This document shows, piece by piece, positions 7,438 to 15,270 of a stretch of 44,890 nt of DNA. Position 1 is the stretch's first letter. Each line of letters begins with the position of its first letter. This stretch comes from Acidimicrobiia bacterium (GTDB lineage: Bacteria > Actinomycetota > Acidimicrobiia > Acidimicrobiales > JACDCH01): contig JACDCH010000546.1 of NCBI GenBank assembly GCA_013694495.1, forward strand, positions 1 through 44,890, read 5' to 3'. The translations under genes were made by a program, and so were the position numbers. A model generated the notes under the pieces. The model was not told the origin of the DNA, did no database searches, and saw only the letters and a list, made by a program, of their open reading frames with translations.

Positions 7438-7674
7438 CGACTTCGTGATCCCACGTACGCGGTGCTCGCCGACTTCAAGTACCGCGTGCGCGGGCGGTTG
7501 GTGATGAGCGGGATCGCCAACGGAGCCCTCGCACGAGGCCGAGTACCCTCGATCCTCGTGCGTTCGATCCGTGCTGCCGAGAGCTGCGAAGTGCCGCTTC
7601 ATGCTGCACCGTCCGCGGGATTTTCGCGGGATCGCGCTTCCGAGCCCGGTCGGCGAAGGCCCACCGAGAGCCCC

Positions 7675-7701
7675 GAAAACCGCATCTGACCTGCGGTTTT
7701 C
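7675..7701. terminator. A-tract / 10-bp stem / T-tract hairpin (possible bidirectional intrinsic terminator) 10 nt upstream of the tRNA
   Basis: GAAAACCGCA-TCTGACC-TGCGGTTTTC is a perfect 10-bp stem with a 7-nt loop. The GC core is only 6 bp, so its strength is uncertain. Confidence 0.35.
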
Positions 7702-7710
7702 CACTATCCC

Positions 7711-7786
7711 GCCCTCGTAGCTCAGGGGATAGAGCATCGGTTTCCTAAACCGTGTGTCGCATGTTCGAATCATGCCGAGGGCGCCA
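7711..7786 (+). tRNA. tRNA-Arg (anticodon CCT), CCA encoded
   Basis: Folded by hand. Acceptor GCCCTCG/CGAGGGC, D-arm GCTC-AGGGGATA-GAGC, anticodon loop TTCCTAA, T-arm GCATG-TTCGAAT-CATGC, discriminator G then CCA. Confidence 0.9.
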
Positions 7787-7895
7787 CTAAAAGACCTGGC
7801 CAAAGGCCATTTCTGGGCGACAGATCCAGCCCGCCTCGACGACTTGCCCATCCAAATCGCCACTCTTGCCCATCCGATATGCAAGGATGACGGGC

Positions 7896-9053
7896 ATGGC
7901 CGGATCGATCCGCCAGCGAGGGAAGCAGTCGTGGGAGGTCCGATCCTTCGCCGGCAAAGACCCCGCGACTGGCAAGAAGCAGTACGTCACCAAGACGATC
8001 CGAGGTAGCCGCAAGGAAGCGGAGGTCGCCCTCGGCCGCATGCTCGGTGAGATCGAGGACGGCCAGCACACCGCGCGCGCCGGCACGGTCGGTGATCTGT
8101 GCGAGCGCTGGTTCGCCCAGGCCGCGCCCGACCTCTCACCGTCGGTCGCACCCGAGTACCGCCGACTGCTCGACAACCGCATCCTCCCCCGCTGGGGCTC
8201 AACCCCGCTGCGCCGAGTGCGCACCGCGGACCTCGACCTCTGGTACTCCGAGCTCCGCCGGAGCGGCGGTCTCAAGAGCGGCGGCCCGCTCGCCCCCAAC
8301 ACGGTGACGCGCATCCACGCCGTGCTCCGGCGCGCGCTGGCCCAGGGCGTGAAGTGGGGCTGGCTCACCACGAATCCCGCGGCGAACGCATCTCCGCCCC
8401 GCGCCCACAAGCAGCAGCTCAGCCTGCCCGACCCGTCCGACGTCGCTCGGCTCATCGAGGCGGCGGCCGACGTCAATCCGTCGCTGCCGACCTACTTCCG
8501 CCTTGCGGCGGCGACGGGAGCCCGCCGCGGTGAGATGTGCGCGCTGCGGTGGAAGCACGTCGACTTCGAGCGACGCCGCCTCACCATTGCCCGCGGCATC
8601 GTCGAGGCCGGGGGCAAGCTCATCGACAAGGACACGAAGACCCACCAGGTGCGAACCGTGACGCTCGACGAGGAGACGACGGCGATCGTCCTGGCCCACC
8701 ATGATCGGTGCGCCGATCTCGCGGAGACGTGCGGCACGACCTTGTCGCCGATCTCGCATCTGTTCTCGCACGAGGTGGACTTCTCGAAGCCATGGCGACC
8801 CGGCTACGCCACCCTCGCCTTCGGCCGCCTACGAGACGAGCTCGGGCTGGAAGGCGTGAAGCTCCACCATCTCCGCCACTTCAGCGCCACCCAGCTCCTG
8901 TCACTCGGTATCGACGTTCGCACGGTGAGCGGCCGCCTCGGTCACGCCAACGCTTCGACGACTCTCGACATCTACGCCCAGTTCATGACGCAGGCCGACG
9001 AGCGGGCCGCGAATGTGCTCGGCGCGCTGCTCAAGACACCCGACCCGTCCTGA
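7896..9053 (+). CDS. int: tyrosine recombinase (integrase) of the tRNA-Arg island
   Basis: ORF 7866..9053, with the start taken at MAGSIRQRGKQSWEVR. Motifs: ATGARRGEMCAL, LHHLRHFSATQLL, RLGHANASTTLDIYAQF. Confidence 0.9.
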   Translation: MAGSIRQRGKQSWEVRSFAGKDPATGKKQYVTKTIRGSRKEAEVALGRMLGEIEDGQHTARAGTVGDLCERWFAQAAPDLSPSVAPEYRRLLDNRILPRWGSTPLRRVRTADLDLWYSELRRSGGLKSGGPLAPNTVTRIHAVLRRALAQGVKWGWLTTNPAANASPPRAHKQQLSLPDPSDVARLIEAAADVNPSLPTYFRLAAATGARRGEMCALRWKHVDFERRRLTIARGIVEAGGKLIDKDTKTHQVRTVTLDEETTAIVLAHHDRCADLAETCGTTLSPISHLFSHEVDFSKPWRPGYATLAFGRLRDELGLEGVKLHHLRHFSATQLLSLGIDVRTVSGRLGHANASTTLDIYAQFMTQADERAANVLGALLKTPDPS

Positions 9054-9059
9054 GTCCGG

Positions 9060-11321
9060 TCACGCCGGTGCGGGCGACGCCGGTTCCTCGATGCCAAGGC
9101 GCCGCCGTTCCGACGCGAGGATCAGCGCCTCGGCCTGCGTCTCGTTCACGATCTTCTGCACGTCCTGGAGGTCAGAGATGTCGACGGAGTCCGGCGTGGC
9201 GTCCTTGACCGCGCTCCCCAGCACGAACTGCTCGATGAGGTGCTGCTTGCCGGCGAGCACGGCGAGCATCCGCTGGTCGACGGTGTCCTCGAGGAGGAGC
9301 CGGTGCACCTGGACCCGCCGCACCTGGCCCATGCGGTGGCAGCGGGCGACCGCTTGTGCTTCGACGGTCGGCTTCCACTGCGGCTCGCAGAGGATGACGA
9401 CCGATGCGGCCTGGATGTTGAGTCCGACGCCGCCCGCCTCGATCTGGGAAGTGAGCACTCCACCGCCCGGCCGCGCGCCCAACGCATCGACAAGCCGCTG
9501 GCGCTCGGCCGGCGGTGTGCTCCCCGTGAGCGGGCCGTAGACGGCGCCGGGGAGCGCGACGTTGGCGGCTCGGGTCACCCGGTCGAGCACATCCCGGAAG
9601 TAGGAGAACACCACCACCTTGAGGCCCTCCTCGCTGGCCTCCTCGAGGATGTCGACCAGGCGGGCCGTCTTGGCCGAGTGCTCGATCTCCAACACCGCAG
9701 CCGGGCCACCGTCGGGGATGCTCGTGTAGGCGGCCCGGCGCATCGTCTGGAAGGCCTGGGCCTCGACGGCCGCTCGGTAGGTGCGGAGATCCTCGGGTGT
9801 GGGATCCACCCAGTCGAGCGAAGGGATCTGCTCGGGCAGCTCGTTGAGCACGTCGATCTGGTTGCGGCGGAGGTACGCAGGGGCGACGGCGGTCTGGAAC
9901 GCCACCGGTCCTGCGAGCGCCGTCGCGGCGTTGACCCGGACGGCGACCTCCGGTTGGAGGTGGTCGATCAGGTTGCGGAACTCCTCCACGCGGTTCTCCA
10001 TCGGGGTTCCGGTTAGGAACAGCACCCGCTCGGCGCCGTCGGCCCACCGGGCGACGGCCTGTGAGCGCAGGGTCGCGGGGTTCTTGACGTAGTGAGCCTC
10101 GTCGACGACCAACATGGCGAGCGACGAGTCCGCTCCATCGGCGTTCGGATCGGGATCGGCAGGATCGAACCGGCGGAGCCCGTCGAAGGTGGTGATGGCC
10201 ACGCCGCCTTGGCGGAGCCACGATCGGTGTGCCCGGTCCCGCTCGGCGCCATGGAGCACGTGGGCCGCGAGCTCTGTGTGACGGTGGATCTCGCTTCGCC
10301 AGTTCGCGACCACGCTGGCGGGGCACACCACCATCGCCCGCTGCTTCCCCGCCGCCCGGAGGTGGCAGAGAGCGGCCAGCGCCTCGACTGTCTTGCCCAG
10401 GCCCATCTCGTCGCCGAGGATCGTCCGCCGCTGCACCAACGCGTACTTGGCACCGAAGGCCTGGTAACCGCGAAGGCTGGCCTTGAGGAAGGACAGGTCG
10501 AGAGCCAGGGCCTGCACCCGCTCCACGATCTCGGCCGGGAGATGGCCCCGATTCGCCTCCTCGCCCGTGCCCTCGACGATCTCGCCGAGCACGCCGAGGA
10601 GGTGGGCCGCGTTGTGCTCGAAGTCGATCCACACCTCCTCGTGGGCCCGCGGCCGGTTGATCTCGTGCAGCGAAGTGGCGAGGTACTGCCGGAACTGGAC
10701 CACCGACGGGTCGGCCAGGATTCGGTCGAGCTGCTCGACGGCGACGTTCGCCGCCGTCTTCGCGGCGGCGCGCACGAAGATGCGCCGCAGCCAGGGACGA
10801 GCTGCCGGCTCAGTGTCGACAGCCAGCGGTGACGCCGTGGCGCGCAGCCATTGGCTCATCGCTTGCGACTCGTCGACCGCCCGGGCGGCGAGGTCGTAGC
10901 GACGCAGCGAGACCAGCACGTCGGTCTGCGCCGCCGGCCGTGCGACGACGTCGAAGTGGACGCGGACCGCGGCTTCGGTGGCTGCAAGCACCTGGCGGGC
11001 CGCGGCGAGCGCCTGGGTCGCGGTGGCGTCACCGACGCCCGGCACCGCTCGGAGGCGAGCGGCAGTGGCGCCGAGGAGCTGATCGACGGTGCGATACCCC
11101 GTTCGTTCGAGCGCGTCGAGCCGCAGACCCTTGGCCGTCTCGCGCAGCCGGGCCACGGGCACCTGCGCCATCTGCCCCAACGCAACCGCCCGCCGGATGG
11201 CCGACACCTGTGCGCGGGCGACGTCGGCCACGCCGGCGGGCAGCGATTCGAGGGTGCCGACCTCGGCGAGGAGTGCCTCGTGTTCGGCCAGCACCTGTCG
11301 CGCTGATCGTGTGTCCGCCAT
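9060..11321 (-). CDS. SNF2-family helicase (DrmD-like), N-terminal helix-hairpin-helix-like region
   Basis: ORF 9060..11474 with the start re-called at MADTRSARQ (ATG 11321). SNF2_N motifs: LRGYQAFGAKYAL, LGDEMGLGKTVEAL, LVVDEAHYVKN. Helicase_C motifs: LTSQIEAGGVGLNIQAASVVILCEPQWKP, RCHRMGQ. Also VPGVGDATATQALAAA. Confidence 0.9.
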   Translation of the reverse strand: MADTRSARQVLAEHEALLAEVGTLESLPAGVADVARAQVSAIRRAVALGQMAQVPVARLRETAKGLRLDALERTGYRTVDQLLGATAARLRAVPGVGDATATQALAAARQVLAATEAAVRVHFDVVARPAAQTDVLVSLRRYDLAARAVDESQAMSQWLRATASPLAVDTEPAARPWLRRIFVRAAAKTAANVAVEQLDRILADPSVVQFRQYLATSLHEINRPRAHEEVWIDFEHNAAHLLGVLGEIVEGTGEEANRGHLPAEIVERVQALALDLSFLKASLRGYQAFGAKYALVQRRTILGDEMGLGKTVEALAALCHLRAAGKQRAMVVCPASVVANWRSEIHRHTELAAHVLHGAERDRAHRSWLRQGGVAITTFDGLRRFDPADPDPNADGADSSLAMLVVDEAHYVKNPATLRSQAVARWADGAERVLFLTGTPMENRVEEFRNLIDHLQPEVAVRVNAATALAGPVAFQTAVAPAYLRRNQIDVLNELPEQIPSLDWVDPTPEDLRTYRAAVEAQAFQTMRRAAYTSIPDGGPAAVLEIEHSAKTARLVDILEEASEEGLKVVVFSYFRDVLDRVTRAANVALPGAVYGPLTGSTPPAERQRLVDALGARPGGGVLTSQIEAGGVGLNIQAASVVILCEPQWKPTVEAQAVARCHRMGQVRRVQVHRLLLEDTVDQRMLAVLAGKQHLIEQFVLGSAVKDATPDSVDISDLQDVQKIVNETQAEALILASERRRLGIEEPASPAPA

Positions 11322-11340
11322 CGCAGCAAGGTATCGGCCC

Positions 11341-11374
11341 CCTGTGACCGGCTTCCGGCTCACCCTGTCACAGG
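11341..11374. promoter_or_regulatory. 8-bp inverted repeat in the divergent promoter region between the two helicase genes
   Basis: CCTGTGAC (11341-11348) and GTCACAGG (11367-11374), within the 110-bp spacer between starts 11321 (-) and 11432 (+). Confidence 0.3.
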
Positions 11375-11431
11375 CCTCACGTAGGGTGACCACGGCGTCG
11401 AGCGAGTGCCGGCGGTGAACGGAAGGACACG

Positions 11432-14400
11432 ATGATGGCTGGGGACCCGCGCCCGGCAGCTGGTGGCGGAACACGCCTCGAAGACCTGACGGTCGGCGCG
11501 CTCGTCCACGGCCTGTCCACCTCGGGCCCCGTCACAGTGGTCGCCACCAAGTGGCACGGGTCGGTCGCGCTCACCTTGACCTGTCGGGACGCATCGGGCC
11601 ACGTGAGCGAGCGGGTGCTCTACCGCGACGACGAGTCCGGTCTGAGGGTCGAGAGCTCCACCCGGGGGTGGTCGTTCGACGCCGACGGCGATCTGTTCCG
11701 CCTGGCCGCCGAGGCGCGCCGCATCCAGCTCGCCCATCTGTTCGACCCGATGCTGGCGATCTCGCTGTCGCAGGTCGATCCGCTGCCGCATCAGATCCAG
11801 GCCGTCTACGGCGAGCTGCTGCCACGCCAGCCCCTCCGCTACCTCCTCGCCGACGACCCCGGTGCCGGCAAGACGATCATGGCCGGCCTCTACATCAAGG
11901 AGCTGATCCTCCGTGGAGACCTGGCCCGGTGCCTCATCGTCGCCCCAGGCGGCTTGGTGGGGCAGTGGCAAGAGGAGCTCTACGACAAGTTCGACCTGAC
12001 GTTCGAGATCCTCACCCGCGAGCTCATCGACTCATCGCTGACGGCCAACCCCTTCGCCGAGAAGAACCTTCTCCTCACCCGCCTCGACCACCTGTCTCGC
12101 AACGAGGACCTCCAAGCCAAGCTGGCCGAGACCGACTGGGACCTGATCGTCGTCGATGAGGCCCACCGGATGGCTGCGCATTGGTTCGGGGGCGAGGTCA
12201 AGGAGACCCGTCGCTATCAGCTCGGCAAGATGCTCGGTGGTATCACGCGCAACCTGCTCTTGATGACGGCCACGCCCCATGCCGGTAAGGAGGAGGACTT
12301 CCAGCTGTTCCTCGCGTTGCTGGACGGTGACCGGTTCGAGGGGCGGTTCCGCGACGGGGTGCACACCGTCGACGTCTCGGACCTCATGCGCCGGATGATC
12401 AAGGAGAAGCTGCTGCGGATGGACGGGCGCCCGCTCTTCCCCGAGCGGATCGCCTCGACCGTTCCCTATCCGCTCTCGCCGCTCGAACAGGCGCTCTACG
12501 ACGAAGTCACGAGGTACGTGACCGACGAGATGAACCGCGCCGATCGGCTCGCCGCCGAAGGTGAGGGCCGGCGAGGGAACCGGGTCGGCTTCGCCCTCAC
12601 CGTCCTCCAGCGGCGCCTCGCGTCGAGCCCCGAGGCGATCTACCAGTCTCTGCGCCGCCGCCGAGTCCGACTCGAGAAGGATCTCGTCGATGCTCGGAAC
12701 CGGGCCCGCATCGCCTCGCTCCCGTCCGCCGAAGCCCGCATCGAGCGCCTCCTCGCCGACCTGGAACGGCCGGCTCGAGGGACCGACGACGACGACGACT
12801 TCGAGGACCGCATCGACGACCTCGCCGACGATGAGCGCGAGGAGGTCGAGGAGGAGCTGGTCGACTCCGCTTCCGCAGCCCGCACCGCGCAGGAGCTCGC
12901 GCTCGAGATCCAGACCCTCACTCGGCTCGAGGAGCTGGCCAACCAAGTCCGCAAGACCGGAACCGATCGCAAGTGGACCGAGCTCCTCTCGATCCTCGAC
13001 GAGAAGCCCGAGATGCGCCACGCCGACGGCTCGCGCCGCAAGCTCATCGTCTTCACCGAGCACCGCGACACCCTGACGTACCTCGTCGACCGGCTCCGCG
13101 ACCGGTTGGGCAAGCCTGAGGCCGTTGTCACGATCCACGGCGGCACAGCGCGCGAGCAGCGCCGGGCCATCCAGGAGCGCTTCACTCAGGACAAGGACTG
13201 TCTGATCCTTGTCGCCACCGACGCCGCCGGCGAGGGCCTCAACCTTCAGCGCGCCCACCTGCTCGTCAACTACGACCTGCCCTGGAACCCGAACCGGATC
13301 GAGCAGCGCTTCGGCCGCGTCCACCGCATCGGCCAGACCGAGGTCTGCCACATGTGGAACCTCGTCGCCGAGGACACCAGAGAAGGCCAGGTTTACCTGA
13401 CCCTTCTCGCCAAGCTGGAGGAGCAGCGCAAGGCGCTGTCCGGCCAGGTGTTCGATGTCCTCGGCGAGGCATTCCGTGACGCGCCACTTCGGGATCTGCT
13501 GCTCCGAGCGATTCGCTACGGAGACCAGCCCGAGGTCCGCGACGCCATCAACCAAGTGATCGACGAGAAGGTCGGTGACGGACTCGCCGAGCTGATCGAT
13601 GCCCATGCGCTCGCGTCGGACGTTCTCGGCGAGACCCAGGTCGAGCGGATCAGGACACAGATGGAAGAGGCCGAGGCTCGTCGGCTGCAGCCGCACTACA
13701 TCCGATCGTTCTTCCTCGAAGCCTTCGACCTGCTCGGCGGTCGGATCGTGGAGCGTGAGAAGGGCCGCTTCGAGATCAAGCACGTCCCGCAGGAGCTGCG
13801 GGATCGAGACCGCCAGATCGGGCTCGGGGCACCGGTGCTCCGAGCCTACGAACGCGTCTGCTTTGACAAGGAGCAGGTCCGGGTGGTGGGCAAGCCGATC
13901 GCCGAGCTCCTCGCGCCGGGACACCCTCTCCTCGACGCCATCCTCGATGTCACCCTCGAACGGCATCGTCGAGTACTCGCCCAAGGTGCGGTGCTCGTTG
14001 ACGATCGAGACGCAGGTCTCGACGCCCGAGTGTTGGTCCTTCTCGAACATGCCGTCGCCGACGGCCGCACAGACGGACGAGGAGCCGACCGACGAGTCAT
14101 CTCCCGCCAAATGCAGTTCATCGACCTCCACGAGGACGGCACGCACACAGCCAGCGATGCCGCGCCCTACCTCGATCTGCGGCCTGCAACCACGGGTGAG
14201 CGTGCGGTCGCCGAGCAACTCCTCACGAGCGGGGGATGGCTCGCGGGCGATCTAGAGGCTGCCGCATTCGACGTCGCCGTCGGCGAGGCGATCCCCACCC
14301 ACCTCGCACGCACTCGCCTCCGCACGACCGCCCGCACCCAGAAGGTGCGATCAGCGGTCTACGAGCGACTCACCCGGGAGATCAACCACTGGGATCACCG

Positions 14401-15028
14401 GGCGAACGAGCTCGCAGCACAGGTCGAGAGCGGCAAGCAGCCGAAGATGAACCCCGAGCGCGCCCGCCAACGAGCGGACGACCTCTCCGGCCGCCTCAAG
14501 CGGCGCATGGACGACCTCGACCGCCAAGAAGAGCTGCACGCCCAGCCTCCGACGGTGACCGGCGCCGCGCTCGTCCTCCCGGCTGGCCTACTCGGACCCG
14601 GCGACGGTCCAGCCGCACCGCCCGCCCACGCGAGGGAGACCGCCCGTGTCGAGCGTCGAGCAGTTGACGCGGTTCTGTCAACAGAGGAGCGACTTGGCCG
14701 CGATCCCCGCGAGATGCCCCACAACAACCCGGGCTACGACATCGCCAGCACTACGCACGACCGCCACCTCATCTTCATCGAGGTGAAGGGTCGCGTGGCC
14801 GGCGCCGAGACGGTCACGATCACCCGTAACGAGATTCTCACCAGCCTCAACACCGACCGCTGGGTGCTCGCACTCGTCGAGGTCGCCGACGCCGACGGGC
14901 AGCCGCGCGACCATGTCCGCTACCTCCACCACCCGTTCCGAGGACAGCTCGATGACCTCGGCTTCAAGGAGACCAGCCGCACCTTCCCGTGGCGTGGACT
15001 CTGGGACGCCGCAGGGGAGCCGGCATGA
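11432..15028 (+). CDS. SNF2/DEAH-type helicase with C-terminal DUF3883 (PD-(D/E)xK-like) domain
   Basis: Helicase motifs: LLADDPGAGKTIMAG, IVVDEAHRM, LLMTATPH, VATDAAGEGLNLQ, NPNRIEQRFGRVHRIGQ. The C-terminal NNPGYDIAS...HLIFIEVKGR...ITRNE (about 14720-14830) is the DUF3883 signature as I remember it. Confidence 0.9.
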   Translation: MMAGDPRPAAGGGTRLEDLTVGALVHGLSTSGPVTVVATKWHGSVALTLTCRDASGHVSERVLYRDDESGLRVESSTRGWSFDADGDLFRLAAEARRIQLAHLFDPMLAISLSQVDPLPHQIQAVYGELLPRQPLRYLLADDPGAGKTIMAGLYIKELILRGDLARCLIVAPGGLVGQWQEELYDKFDLTFEILTRELIDSSLTANPFAEKNLLLTRLDHLSRNEDLQAKLAETDWDLIVVDEAHRMAAHWFGGEVKETRRYQLGKMLGGITRNLLLMTATPHAGKEEDFQLFLALLDGDRFEGRFRDGVHTVDVSDLMRRMIKEKLLRMDGRPLFPERIASTVPYPLSPLEQALYDEVTRYVTDEMNRADRLAAEGEGRRGNRVGFALTVLQRRLASSPEAIYQSLRRRRVRLEKDLVDARNRARIASLPSAEARIERLLADLERPARGTDDDDDFEDRIDDLADDEREEVEEELVDSASAARTAQELALEIQTLTRLEELANQVRKTGTDRKWTELLSILDEKPEMRHADGSRRKLIVFTEHRDTLTYLVDRLRDRLGKPEAVVTIHGGTAREQRRAIQERFTQDKDCLILVATDAAGEGLNLQRAHLLVNYDLPWNPNRIEQRFGRVHRIGQTEVCHMWNLVAEDTREGQVYLTLLAKLEEQRKALSGQVFDVLGEAFRDAPLRDLLLRAIRYGDQPEVRDAINQVIDEKVGDGLAELIDAHALASDVLGETQVERIRTQMEEAEARRLQPHYIRSFFLEAFDLLGGRIVEREKGRFEIKHVPQELRDRDRQIGLGAPVLRAYERVCFDKEQVRVVGKPIAELLAPGHPLLDAILDVTLERHRRVLAQGAVLVDDRDAGLDARVLVLLEHAVADGRTDGRGADRRVISRQMQFIDLHEDGTHTASDAAPYLDLRPATTGERAVAEQLLTSGGWLAGDLEAAAFDVAVGEAIPTHLARTRLRTTARTQKVRSAVYERLTREINHWDHRANELAAQVESGKQPKMNPERARQRADDLSGRLKRRMDDLDRQEELHAQPPTVTGAALVLPAGLLGPGDGPAAPPAHARETARVERRAVDAVLSTEERLGRDPREMPHNNPGYDIASTTHDRHLIFIEVKGRVAGAETVTITRNEILTSLNTDRWVLALVEVADADGQPRDHVRYLHHPFRGQLDDLGFKETSRTFPWRGLWDAAGEPA

Positions 15029-15270
15029 CCACCTGGCCGAAGTCGTGGCTCGCCGGTTCACCGGGTGCCGCATGCCCGACGTGCGGCGAACGATCAGGCC
15101 GTCCCATCCTGATGGGCATGCCGAGCGGCGAGGTGTTCGAGGCCCTCGACGCCGGTGCGATCGACATCGAGCTAGGCGGCTGCTGCATCAGCGACGACGA
15201 CCCGACCCACCGCTGCGCCGCCTGCGGTGTGTCGTTCGGTGGGCGGCCGGCAGCTCAGGAGCGAACGTGA
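15025..15270 (+). CDS. 81-aa zinc-ribbon protein
   Basis: ATGA overlap with the helicase stop and GTGA overlap with the methyltransferase start. Contains CPTCG ... CAACG (two CxxC pairs). It is the in-frame tail of ORF 14989..15270. Confidence 0.55.
   Translation: MTTWPKSWLAGSPGAACPTCGERSGRPILMGMPSGEVFEALDAGAIDIELGGCCISDDDPTHRCAACGVSFGGRPAAQERT

Noticed and set aside
7420-7884. 154-aa minus-strand ORF and 75-aa plus-strand ORF (7462..7689) in the gap before and across the tRNA
   Set aside because: The minus-strand ORF reads straight through the tRNA gene. Its MIRTCDTRFRKPMLYPLSYEG segment is simply antisense tRNA. Neither ORF has convincing codon bias or motifs.
9172-10632. 486-aa Arg/Pro/Gly-rich ORF overlapping the SNF2 gene in another frame, with similar cases at 25144..26529, 23704..24534, 29927..30628, 31145..31912 and 33305..34582 (upstream part)
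   Set aside because: These are out-of-frame shadows of confidently assigned genes. Their composition (poly-R/P/G) is not protein-like and they have no motifs.
12032-14218. 728-aa ORF on the minus strand, antisense to the large helicase gene
   Set aside because: It lies entirely within a plus-strand gene that has unmistakable helicase motifs. Its product is low-complexity and rich in Gly/Leu/Val/Asp/Glu, with no motif. Long antisense ORFs are expected at this GC content because stop codons are rare.
14913-15266. N-terminal extensions suggested by the ORF track (methylase from 14913, E1 from 4636, S8 protease from 42309, JetB-like from 33593, relaxase from 26966, Wadjet first gene from 35286)
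   Set aside because: The extensions overlap upstream genes or intergenic DNA and are Arg/Pro-rich. Each is followed by an internal ATG/GTG that gives a family-typical N-terminus, often with an RBS or a 4-nt coupling overlap. Starts were re-called accordingly but remain unverified.
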